DNA of 64,000 nucleotides from Haliotis rufescens. Taxonomy: Eukaryota. The notes under the pieces were generated by a model that saw only the letters and a program-made list of their open reading frames with translations, had not been told where the DNA came from and did no database searches. The stretch spans positions 27,714,001 to 27,778,000 of the forward strand of contig NW_025964223.1 in NCBI RefSeq assembly GCF_023055435.1, written 5' to 3'. This document shows positions 1 to 12,015 of this stretch, one piece after another. The position numbers and the translations under genes were made by a program. Numbering within the stretch: position 1 is the stretch's first letter; each line of letters opens with the position of its first letter.

Positions 1-545
1 TAAGTAGATTAAAAACATTTTCCAAACTTACAATGTATTCACAAATTAAACCATGCATTGTATTAGAAAGATATTTAACATCAATACCTGTTAGAGTATA
101 TCAATTTGCTCTTAGTTCTTTCCGTTGTTCTAGCCATAACCTAATGCTTGAAGAAGGAAGAAAAATGGGTCTTTCTAGAGATGAACGCTTATGTCCATTT
201 TGTGTAGTCCGTGTAATTGAAACTGAGTATCATTTCTGCATTGAATGTCAATTTTACTCAGGTCTGAGAAATAGTCTTATACCTAAGTATTTCCATTTAC
301 AACCTTCATTTGATAAATTTTGCACTCTTATGTCTTGCCAAAATGAACATGTTATTAATAAATTAGCTAAATATATTTTTCTTGCTTTTAAGAAACAACA
401 GTTTTTCAAATGTATGCAATAATTCAATTGTTTCACTATGTATATCACTTATATTATCTGGCGCCTGCTATTGTTGTAATCCACTGTAACCATAACTGTA
501 TAATGCGCCGGTGGCCTCTTTACTGAAATAAACTCACTCAAACTA
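1..545 (+). mobile_element. 3' end of a non-LTR retrotransposon (LINE): C-terminal zinc-binding region of ORF2 (33-422) plus 3' UTR
   Basis: The ORF reads FRCSSHNLMLEEGR...ERLCPFC...IETEYHFCIEC, the C-x2-C...H-x3-C pattern typical of LINE ORF2 C-termini. An AATAAA lies near 525. The element is truncated by the window start. Confidence 0.75.
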
Positions 546-2069
546 TATATATACATTGCAAAAGTATTTCTGTCTCGATATATAACCACTAGATAGACAA
601 TATACACAGTTAATACATAACACATAAGCAATGCAAATAAACGATAAATAAACGTCATGTAAACGTACCAGGTGTGTGGGCCTGGATTGATGCCACACCT
701 GGGGACGATGCTGTGCTAAATACCTACTCGTCTGCAGAGAAAATAACAATATATACAGTGTATGCAGACATGCCCATGAGAACAAATATGGAGCTCAATA
801 CTAATACCTTCTCACGTATTGTTGTAGGTGATCACGATACAGCAATACTATGAAATGCCTCATTCACTCATTCACTTCACTTGCTTTGATTCTTTTATGC
901 TTACCTTCATTCATTCATCACATGCATGCTCGCTTAGACTTATCTCTTATATCACAAATGAGTTCTACTTATATTACTAAAATTACTCGTATTACTCTTA
1001 GTTTAGTGGGTATACACATTTTAATGAATTTGGGATACGTATTTAGTTGTTTAAAGCACTGATAATCACGAATTCATATTCCGCGTACTCGTGTCTCAAC
1101 ACACATACAAAATCCAAATACCCCATACAAACAATATCTCATCAATCCAATACTAAAATACTAACATTGGAATATGATCCAAAGCTCCCAATGAGAAAAT
1201 CATTTCGAATCACAAGTCAGAATATAGATATATGTTTATTTTTTTAAGAATATTTGTGGAGTGACCACAGACCTCCTGATGTGTCCAGTACACAGCTGAG
1301 CTGAATACCCAAACTGAAGATGAAGACAACAGGGCCTGAGTGAGGAAAGGGGCTATTGTGCCAAGTGCACAGGGTGTGAATTTCGCAAACTAAAGTAAAA
1401 GGGCTATGAATGCCAGCGTCATTTTGAAAGTAGGCTGAGAAATAAAAATAAGAGGACTTAAAACATTTAAGTATGTACATGAATCATACGTAACATGTAA
1501 AACACAAGAAATATACAAAATCTGTTGCTGCTACACATACACATACGCCCTGTCTATCGATGTGCGCAGATACAGCGGAGGGTTGTTGCAGACACTGCTT
1601 CCCAGCGCTTTCAAGCTCTGCCAAGCGCTGATCCCAGCAGCTGGCTTGAACAAAGCGACCCTGTTAAATGTTCAATGAAATGGTAAGAAGCGTGTCAGAT
1701 ATTTTACGAATGCTTTATTGGACATGTTAGTCAATTAGAAATAAGAAGGAAAACGACTTTTTAGCATACAAAATACCGTGAAATGAAATAAAGTAAATAA
1801 TATGATATGTCATGCACAAGAATTGTTTTTCTACTCTATATAACTTTCTTTTGCGTTACAATCAGCAAAATCCCCATCTAACTGAAACTTATTAAGACGT
1901 GTTGAAACAAGTTCTAGGACAACGACTTTAATCCCGCTCTGAGACAAGCAGAGTGACGAAGGACAACTATCTTCTCTGATATTGTTAAATCTTAGCAATG
2001 GAATTCTTATTTTCAAAGTATCCTGCACCACCATTTCCCTCCAATCCCTCCGCCCTCCCATCATCCTAC

Positions 2070-3395
2070 CCTTGCACAGCCCTATCCTTCCATCACCCTA
2101 CTGAGTACCCTACCATCATCTTACCCCCCCTTCCATCACACTATCCTTCCATCATACTATCCATCCAGCACACTATCCTTCCATCACCCTACCCTTCCAT
2201 CACCCTACCCTTCCATCACCCTACCCTCCCATCACTCTACCCTTTCATCACTCTACCCTTCCATCACCCTACCCTTCCATCACCCTACCCTTCCATCACA
2301 CTATCCTTCCATCACACTACCCTTCCATCACCCTTCCCTTCCATCACCCTACCCTTCCATCACACTACCCTTCCATCACCCTACCCTTCCATCACACTAT
2401 CCATCCAGCACACTACCCTTCCATCACTCTACCCTTCCATCACACTATCCTTCCATCACACTACCCTTCCATGACCCTACCCTTCCATGACCCTACCCTT
2501 CCATCACACTACCCTTCCATCACCCTACCCTTCCATCACCCTACCTTTCGATCACCCTACCCTTCCATCATCCTACCCTCCCATCACCCTACCCTTCCAT
2601 CACACAACCCTTCCATCACTCTACCCTTCCATCACTCTACCCTTCCATCACCCTACCCTTCCATCACTCTACCCTTCCATCACTCTACCCTTCCATCACC
2701 CTATCCTTTCATCACCCTACCCTTCCATCACCCTACCCTCCCATCATCCTACACCCCCCCCCCATCACTCTACCCTTCCATCACCCTACCCTTCCATCAC
2801 ACTACCCTTCCATCACTCTACCCTTCCATCATTCTACCCTTCCATCACCCTACCCTTCCATCACTCTACCCTTCCATCACTCTACCCTTCCATCACCCTA
2901 TCCTTCCATCACCCTACCCTTCCATCACTCTACTCTTCCGTCACCCTATCCTTCCATCACCCTACCCTCCCATCACCCTACCCTCCCATCACTCTACCCT
3001 TTCATCACCCTACCCTTCCATCACTCTACCCTTCCATCACTCTACCCTTCCATCACACTACCCTTCCATCATCCTACCCCATCACCCTACCCTTCCATCA
3101 CCCTACCCTTCCATCACCCTTCCCTTCCATCACTCTACCCTTCCATCACCCTATCCATTCATCACCCTACCCTTCAATCACCCTACCCTCCCATCACTCT
3201 ACCCTTTCATCACTCTACCCTTCCATCACTCCACCCTTCCATCACTCTACCCTTCCATCACCCTACCCTTCCATCACCCTACCCTTCCATCACTCTACCC
3301 TTCCATCACACTATCCTCCCATCACCCTTCACACCAACCTTCCATCACCCTAAAATCCCCTCACTCTACCCTCATATCACCCTTCCCTCACATCA
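2070..3395. repeat. 16-bp minisatellite (CCATCACCCTACCCTT)n
   Basis: The unit is read directly from the sequence. It explains the 16-aa periodic ORFs (three units = 48 nt). Confidence 0.95.
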
Positions 3396-3519
3396 CGGAA
3401 GTGGTAAACGTCCGAGACCTGCATCACTTCGGGCTTTCCTCCCACATTAAGCTGACAGGCGTGATATAACTGGACTACTGTTAAAAGCGGCGTTAAACCC
3501 AACACTCACACACCGAATC

Positions 3520-4890
3520 TCCCATCACCCTTAACACTACCCTTCCATCACCCAACAATCCTCTCACTATACCCTCACACCTACCTACCCTCACATCCCA
3601 GGTTTTTCAGGCATGTGTATTTGTAGAAGTACAATGTATTCTATTGCTTCGTCGCACCCTACCCTTCATCATCCTAACCTTCCACTACCCTCCCATCACC
3701 CAACACATCACCCTACACCAAACCCTCCCATCACCCAACACTTCCATAACCCTCCCATCACCCTACCCTTCCATCACCCTACACTTCACCCTGCCCTTCC
3801 ATCTCCCTACACAAAACCCTCACATCACCCTATACACTACCCTCACCACCACCCTACCCTCACATCACCCTAATCCCACATCTCCCTACCCTCCCACCAC
3901 CCTACACATCACCCTACACCAAACCCTCCCATCACCCTACACATCACCCTACACCAAACCCTCCCATCACCCTACACTTTACCCTACCCTTCCATCGCCC
4001 TACACAAAACCCTCACATCACCCTACACACTACCCTCACCACCACCCTACCCTCACATCACCCTACCCTCACATCACCCTAATCTCACATCACCCTACCC
4101 TCCCATCACCCTACACATCACCCTACACCAAACCCTCCCATTACCCTACACTTTACCCTATCCTTCCATCGCCCTACACAAAACCCTCACATCACCCTAC
4201 ACACTACCCTCACCACCACCCTACTCTCACATCACCCTACCCTCACATCACCCTAATCTCACATCACCCTACCCTCACATCACCCTATACACTACCTTTC
4301 CATCACCCTACAATCCCCTCACCCTACCCTCACACCACCCTACCCTAGCATCACCCTACCCTCACATCACCTACCCTCACATCCCAGGTTTTTCAGGCAT
4401 GTGTATTTGTAGAAGTACAGTGTATTCTATTGCTTCGTCGCACCCTACCCTTCATCACCCTAACTTTCCACTACCCTCCCGTCACCCAACACTTCCATAA
4501 CCCTCCCATCACCCTACCCTTCCATAACCCTACACTTCACCCTATCCTTCAATCGCCCTACACAAAACCCTCACATCACCCTACACACTACCCTCACCAC
4601 CACCCTACCCTCACATCACCCTACTCTTACATCACCCTAATCTCGCATCACCTTACCATCCCATCACCCTACACATCACCCCACACCAAACCCTCCCATC
4701 ACACTACACTTTACCCTATCTTTTCCAACACCCCACAATCCCCTCACCCTACCCTCACACCACCCTACCCTAGCATCACCCTACCCTCCCATCACCCTAT
4801 ACACTACCTTTCCATCACCCTACAATCCCCTCACCCTACCCTCACACCACCCTACCCTAGCATCACCCTACCCTCACATCACCTACCCTC
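3520..4890. repeat. Degenerate continuation of the 16-bp satellite, interrupted by copies of a ~65-bp unique segment
   Basis: CATCACCCTAC variants throughout. The segment CACATCCCAGGTTTTTCAGGCATGTGTATTTGTAGAAGTAC... occurs at ~3592, ~4378 and ~4890. Confidence 0.9.
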
Positions 4891-6118
4891 ACATCCCAGG
4901 TTTTTCAGGCATGTGTATTTGTAGAAGTACAATTTGTTCTGTTGCTTTGTCGCAATCACCTGATTCAAATCTATCCAATAATTACCAAAATCACCAGATG
5001 AAACTGCGCAGTTGCCGCCTGAGTATTGACACCCCTTATAGATATCATAACACGTGCAACCAGTGTGTAAATGCTAACTGAAATAAGCTTGCAATATGTT
5101 TCCACTGATATTGCTATCCGTTGTGTAGTTTGCGTGCATCAATGGTGTTAATGCAAGTAATGATATTTGTATACTTCGCCCCCTTCTACAAACGACAAAC
5201 AATACAGAGTACCTATAAACAACCCACAGTGAACGCAGATTGTAACTTAATGGAAAAGATTCTCCAATCCACTCAGGTAGGGACGTAATGAAGGCCAGAC
5301 GGGACTGACAAACGAACCGGGTGTGAAAGGAGTTCGTGTCATATCAGTATTGCACATATCACATCATCACATCTCTGTCACGGCTGGCGTCCGCACCCTG
5401 TGTCAGTGGAAAGTAGGCGTTCCTGTGTTTATAAAGGGCAGTAACCCTCAGTACTCTGTTATACAGCGGAGAAACGGTGACTTGAAGTTGGCAGAATGTG
5501 AGTATAATTTTTGGGGTCAAAGAGTATATTATTTGGAAGAAACATATCCTTTATAGCGACCTTTCATCATGCCATATGCACATGCCTTCTTATTCATTGG
5601 TATGGGGACCCGTGAAGATCCGGGGTAGAATAGGTTTTTAGCAACCCATGCTTGCCGTAAAGGCGACTATGCTTGTCGTTACTCACGACGAAGGCAGTTT
5701 TGGTTTCGATTTCCAGAATATATCAATTTTCAGTTGTACATCAAAACGTTGTTGACTTATCCTGAAAATTGACAAGTAATCATCAAAACGCAGAAAGAGA
5801 TATTGCACATATTGCATCATGTCAGCGCTGTTGTTATTTGTCCACTTCACTTTTTCATCACTTTTCCTACTTATCGTAACATTACAAGCACTGTCTTATC
5901 TCAAAACAATAGTGTATGGTAACAGGAACGTAACAAGAGATGTCAACCAAATGAACTTAATATGTCTGTCCATGGTTTCATAGAAAATTGACAATCTTGA
6001 ATTCAGTATAGCTATTTCCATTCTAATGGTGGATACCAGACAGCAGTTTAACATATGTACCGGACTGAGACACAGTATGCTGACTCCGAGCCTATCAGTT
6101 TTCGTACCTTAAAGCCGA

Positions 6119-6261
6119 NNNNNNNNNNNNNNNNNNNNNNNNNNNNNNNNNNNNNNNNNNNNNNNNNNNNNNNNNNNNNNNNNNNNNNNNNNNNNNNNNN
6201 NNNNNNNNNNNNNNNNNNNNNNNNNNNNNNNNNNNNNNNNNNNNNNNNNNNNNNNNNNNNN
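6119..6261. other. Assembly gap (143 N)
   Basis: Run of N. Confidence 1.
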
Positions 6262-6371
6262 TATTGAAACATTGCAAAATGACCTTCATAAATCCTCGCC
6301 GTTGTCTGGCATGGCATTTTGGAGGATATATTATTGTATTTTTCTTTCTAGAGCTAAATATTTCACCAGAC

Positions 6372-8744
6372 ATGAAGCTGATGCTAGTGCTGCTTGTGCT
6401 GCTTCCTCTTGTGAGCTCCTTCATCAATATCGTCTTCCGTCGAGAAGGAAGCCGCAGGAAGGAAAGTAAAGCGTAAGGAAGATTTTCTTTATGCCAGTTG
6501 AGGCTTTGTATGCATACACGTGTGTCATTGTTTAATGCTTAAATCCATTCCCTACTTCGCCTTGGCAAACTTTTACCTACAGTTCATCGACCCGTATCAG
6601 TAAACCCATCTGGCAAAACGGGTAATCAATCAGAAGAACTATGTAATTTTATATTTTGGTTGTCTAATTAAGCTTACAACATATGTATGGAACCCTTGAG
6701 GGCGTTGTCGCCCGCGCACAAACACGTCAAATTTAGCCTAAGCGAGACAATGTGACAACGTTAATAACTGACGTTTAGTCGCTCTGTCGAGTTGTCGCAT
6801 TGTTGCTCTTTGAACAATATTGTTTTGGGCACAAAAGGGTGAACATGCGACAACACGACAATGTCCCTTCTGGGAATCCATACATACTTGGTATTTGACG
6901 AAAAGGAATTTATGTTTAGCGCAAAGGATGAAGTTTAAGTATTTGATATCCATTCTAGGCAAAGTCTGTCTGCACTGCAGAAAAGGGAGGACGATCGACG
7001 GTCGTTTATGGAGAGTGAGGAAGAGAGAAAAGTAATCGACGATTATAAACGTAGGTTTCTACAAACATTGTTTTATTTATGTCCTGTTATAAACTTCCAT
7101 ATGTTACACAACTCAATGGTCAGGTCAAGGGCGCCGCATTTCGCTGGGGATAGTTGCACCCCTTAGTCGTATAAGGATCCGCTTATAGTTCGCCATGATT
7201 ATGACTCGTGGTTTGTGAGCACTACTCCCCGCTCAGTGTATCTCCAAAGCGGTTAACGTTTGAGGCCTGCATCACTCTGGATTTTCCTCCCATATTAAAC
7301 AAACACGTATGGTATTAGCGAAATCCTGTTCATGTGAGTGTCAGTCCACAACTCCCCCGCTCACTCATATACAAGTCATATTTATCGACACGGCGGAGGC
7401 GTAGTCTTGACGTTATACTGCTCACTTGGGGTACCAAAGGTCTGGGTTCGATTTCCGACATTGTTACAATAGTTGTAAAGTCAATCACACATCACAGTCA
7501 TGTACACATCACTGACGAAATATTGCTAACTGCGGCGTAAAACCATACTTACTCACTCACACACTGCCACTGTTTCCGTATATTTTCAGAGACAGATGGT
7601 GACAGCAAAACGGATGCTATCCGCAAGTGAAACAGACTACACGCAGCAAGGTGATTATAATTTAGGTTTATGAAAAAACCATACACAGAAGTTTTAAATA
7701 ATTGTCTAACTGATATTTTCTAATTGTAGTTTTATCATTACGTGAACTGTAAACTTTGAGAAATATATTGGGCAGTTATACATTAGACATAATGTCCCTG
7801 TATTTGCATTCGTGAGAAAGTTTTGAAAATTATGGTTTAACATAACAAGGTGACTGTGCATGGAGAGAGGTTGTATTGCATCAACAAAATCTTATCGTAA
7901 GTACGTTTCTTATCTTTGAGTCTCCTGTGTGGTTGATCTCCATTCTTGTATGGAAATACTACTGACCCAGTCGCTACGACACCTTCGTTCTGAGACCGAT
8001 TCGCTAAATTAGCCGAAACTAATTCGTTTCATCTTAGAAAAATATGCTGTTTAGTTTACTTAGTGATACGAGACATAAAGACGGTAATGTCCCTTCCAAG
8101 ACGACGCCATGGTAGTAGGTGGGATTCTACGAAAGCGTATTGGTCCCACTTTAGTACCATATTTTATTTTTTTTAAATCGAAATTTCTCGTTTTTTTCAA
8201 TTATTTTCGAGTTTTTTTAAATAAACTTGAAAAAAAAACGAGAAAATAATCGTAATAACGAGAAAAAATCGAAATCTCGAATAAAATAAATGAAATAAAG
8301 CGAAAATAATCAAAGTAACGGGAAGAAAATCAAAATTTCGAGTTTTTGAAATAACGAGAAAATAATTGAAATTTCGATTTTTTCAAATAAACTTATAATA
8401 ATGAGAATATAATCGAAATGATAAGAGAAAGACCATCGAGGTAACGACGAAATAAACTTGAAATATCGAGAAAATATTCGAAGTAACGAGAGAAAAATCG
8501 AAATTTCAAGTTTTTTTTAATAAACTCAAACTTACGAGGAAAAAACTAGAAGTAACGAGAAAATAATTGAATTAACGAGAAAATAATTAAATTAACGAGA
8601 AATAACGATACCGGTTGTTCTCGTTTCTATCACTGCATACTCCATGTGCAGAAATAATAATTCATTCTTTTCTTTGTAGGTCAGTGGCCAATAAAAAGGT
8701 TTCTCTCCTTGAATGATGCAGCCGTATTTTTGAAAAGTTATTAA
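6372..8744 (+). CDS. Gene A: small secreted precursor, 99 aa; exons 6372-6472, 6959-7031, 7590-7650, 8680-8744
   Basis: Hydrophobic signal peptide MKLMLVLLVLLPLVSS. GT-AG introns in phases 2, 0 and 1 give a 300-nt open frame: ...FINIVFRREGSRRKESKAQSLSALQKREDDRRSFMESEEERKRQMVTAKRMLSASETDYTQQGQWPIKRFLSLNDAAVFLKSY*. Confidence 0.65.
8128..8610. mobile_element. Truncated foldback/MITE-like element (same family as 16566-16908)
   Basis: Starts CTACGAAAGCG... like the 16.6-kb copy and has internal arrays of AATAACGAGAAA and TCGAAATTTC. The right TIR was not found. Confidence 0.6.
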
Positions 8745-9145
8745 ACGGTTATGTCACCAACGTGTCTCTAGATCTATTAGTTGTGCAATGTGTGACGATA
8801 CCTACATCTGTCGAATCTGTGTTCCCGAAACATCTTTATGGGTGCAAGGTCATGCGGTGTTAAACACAATACGTGTATATTTTCACACATGGAATTATCG
8901 TTAGATTGAAATGACGACCTTTCATACAATGATGAACACAGTTCACACTCTTTTTGTTACGTAACACACTAGTAGTTCGACAACACATCGAAGTAACAAA
9001 CGACGGACGGGAAGTATGTAATGACCAAGCTATCGCAAATGATTTCCCCATCAGTCACGTGGATGTTGAAAGTAAGTGGCATAGACTAGCTTTCTTCTGT
9101 TTTCATGAACACTTAGAACGACATTTGTAAGCATTAAATAGTGGA

Positions 9146-9314
9146 TGAGTGAGTGAGTGAGTTTGGTTTTACGCCGCTTTTAGCAATATTCCAGCAATAT
9201 CACGACTGGGGACACCAGAAATGGGCTTCACACATTGTACCCATGTAGGGATTCGAACCCGGGTCTTCGGCGTGACGAGCGAACGCTTTAACCACTAGAC
9301 TACCCGACCGCCCC
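9146..9314 (-). mobile_element. tRNA-derived SINE family 1 (other copies ~7389-7562 +, ~21153-21295 -, ~52341-52500 +, partial ~57500-57616 +)
   Basis: A box TAGTCTAGTGG, B box GGTTCGAATCC, GTC anticodon-like loop and (ACTC)n tail. TSD AGCATTAAA at 9130-9138 and 9316-9324. Confidence 0.9.
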
Positions 9315-10259
9315 TAGCATTAAAAAAGATATACCCTACAGCCCTAACCATATGATAAGAAAGAGTGCGCAGATGAAGTATATATCTAGGCACTATTTAT
9401 CCAACATCTTAAAACAGAATCAACATACATTCTTCAAGCGTAATCATATAACTGACAGACCATTCGGGGTGGGTGGGGGGAGGAGAGGATTTTGTCTGAA
9501 GATTATATATAAGTTCAGCTACAGCTGCAAAACAAGATATTTATTTAATTACAACAATGAGCCTAAATATTTTTTACGAAAAACACCCTGTGACAATGTA
9601 ATTTTGTGGCAGGCAATTTATTTTTTCTCACAGTCTGAAGAACAATTATTTTTGTCAAGAATTCTTTGACAATTTAATTTTTCGATAACATCCATTATCT
9701 CATGAACACTTAGTACGACATGTTCGATTTATATGCTCTTTCAAAATCACTACGATTCGTGAAACCAATATGCCAATCCGTGATGCGTCCCGTGGACGTG
9801 CCAGAAATCAAATTTCGTGGGTCTTGATTATGTTCGCGAAATGTCTCAGAACCGCATTACTTCGGGCTTTCCTCCCACATGAAGCTGACATGCCGTTATA
9901 TGACTTAAATTCTGTTTAAAACGGCTCAAACCAAACCCACCAGTTCACACATGTATGTCAAGCTATGTAGAGGCATGTATGTACTATCACAGCTTGTACT
10001 GACACTTTTCTTGTCGAGTGTTTGAGAGAATATTTGTAAGCATAAAATAATACACACCCTGCAGTCATAAACAGATGATAAGAAAGAGTGCAAAGATGAG
10101 ATATATATTTATGAACAAATTATCTAACAACTTAAAACCGACTCGACATTCAGTCTGATCATATAGGGGATCGACCATTCTTGGATGTGGGGGTGTGGTG
10201 GTGGAGGGGAATAGAATATCAAATGGTCTATCCCTAAGGTGTCTGGCCTACTACACAAA

Positions 10260-10293
10260 TATATAGGACATGTAGTGATACATCGCGGTCAGT
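10260..10293 (+). promoter_or_regulatory. TATA box plus initiator for gene B
   Basis: TATATA at 10260 and TCAGT at 10289-10293. The Inr A (10291) lies 31 nt downstream of the TATA start and 110 nt before the ATG at 10401. Confidence 0.55.
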
Positions 10294-10400
10294 GATGGAG
10301 AGTAGATGAAGAGGAGGTTTCCTGACGTGTGTTCAGCGGTCCCGCCTTACTCCAGCCATCTGCACTCTCCGGAACGAGGCCTAGACGCTACACCTCCACA

Positions 10401-10509
10401 ATGGCCAGTCGCAGCAAGATATGGGGGCAGGTATGTCTTCGGTGGTTACAGTATATTTTCATTGTATAGGAAAATATGCTCTGGCACTGTTGATTAGTAG
10501 TATATGGCA

Positions 10510-10563
<54 letters not shown>

Positions 10564-11953
10564 TACTTATATTAGTCCGGACTAATGCTGACATTTATAG
10601 TGATAGCACACTGAACATGAATACCCCACTCAGACACAGCATACCGATTCCGAGCCTACCAGTCCTTCTTTTAGCCCCTGAACCGAGCGCCAGGCAGGGT
10701 AACGACAAGTACCATCTTTTAACGTCTTTTGGTATAACCCGGCCGGGGATCGAACCTTCGAACTTCCGCTCAAAAGGCAATAGACGTAAACGATGACTGG
10801 GATAGTTGATAAACGTATCATCTTATTTTGATACCTTCCCATGCCATTTATGATGACTGTATTGGCTTGTTCCGCTATCAGAACATACAACCAGTTTATA
10901 TACTTTCTTCATGCTATAAACACGCCACTTTCCAGACAAATCAAACGCGGGGTAATGAAAGGTGTCATAGCATTGTCCGAGAATACAAGGTTCTGGATTG
11001 ACGGGGTTTATTTAATGTATTACTCCACGTATGTTATAATTGCAGGGCTCGATTTAGCCATATAAACCATACACCAGTACATCCTATTATTGAAAAATGC
11101 AATCTTATGTTTATGTCTATATGCACCAAGTGCATGTGAAAATCTTTCAAATGTTTGTACCTCTAATACCTCAATACCTCCTACCTCTATTTACCATACT
11201 ACATAAATAATCCCTGATGTTATGTTATTGCCTGATGTTAAGTAGAATTTGTCATGCTTTCTTGGGCTTGAAGTCATCAAACTGCGGGTACTGTTCACAT
11301 TTAAATTTTGATAAATTGATGGGACCAGGGTCCAACCTGTTTTTCGTCTACCCCTTACTCGGAAGGGTCTTTGAACACATTCAGTACCTCTAATTTCTAA
11401 TTGCCATACTGCATCAAATAATCCCCGAGTTATGTTTAACTTGTCATGCTTTCTTGGGCTTGACGTCATCAAACCGTAGGTACTTCAGTGTATGTAAAAA
11501 TTTATGGGACCAGGTGCAACCTGTTTTTTTGTCTGGTGCTACTAGGCATTGGTGTAAGTTAAATCAATTTCCTTATATAAACCGAGCCTTGAATTGTGTA
11601 GAGAACGTATACACGTGTATGAGTAAATGGGAAATGTGTACCTGTCACTAACACACGTTACAGTTGGTAGCAATGTCTATCAAAATACGTTCTACAAACA
11701 ACGCTATCGAAATGTACATCTTCGGATACACCCTGTAGCTCAAGTGAAGAGAAGAAACACTTTAACTTTCACCGGAATAAGCCATCAATGACCGGATCCC
11801 CCAACTTGGCGTGCTGTGGACTGTGTGATACTGAAGCCGCTACAGGCAACTCCATGTACACTTGAAGTAGCATCTCACGGCCACACAAACACACCAATAA
11901 CCCAACACATATAACCAGACAAAATTGCAAGATCAGTCCTAAATAAATGACAC

Positions 11954-12015
<62 letters not shown>

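Larger units (their letters stand above)
669..5073 (-). other. Exon-like segments of a possible minus-strand gene or pseudogene (4887-5073, 1547-1660, 1273-1389, 669-731)
   Basis: Each segment is bounded by YAG/GT. The last three are 114, 117 and 63 nt and join in phase 0 without stops. 4887-5073 encodes a Cys-rich stretch (HLHTGCTCYDIYKGCQYSGGNCAV...YTCLKNLGCE). No start codon or complete model was found and no homology was recognised. Confidence 0.3.

Noticed and set aside
1998-4924. Long Pro/His/Ser-rich ORFs
   Set aside because: These are translations of the 16-bp satellite, open in several frames because the strand lacks stop codons.
6048-6427. ORFs spanning the N run
   Set aside because: Artefacts of the assembly gap.
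8697-8744. Egg-laying-hormone homology of FLSLNDAAVFLKSY
   Set aside because: The resemblance is vague, and the peptide is far too short and lacks a C-terminal amidation signal.
9230-9314. tRNA-Asp gene
   Set aside because: There is no proper acceptor stem, and it continues into a SINE body with a TSD and multiple diverged copies.
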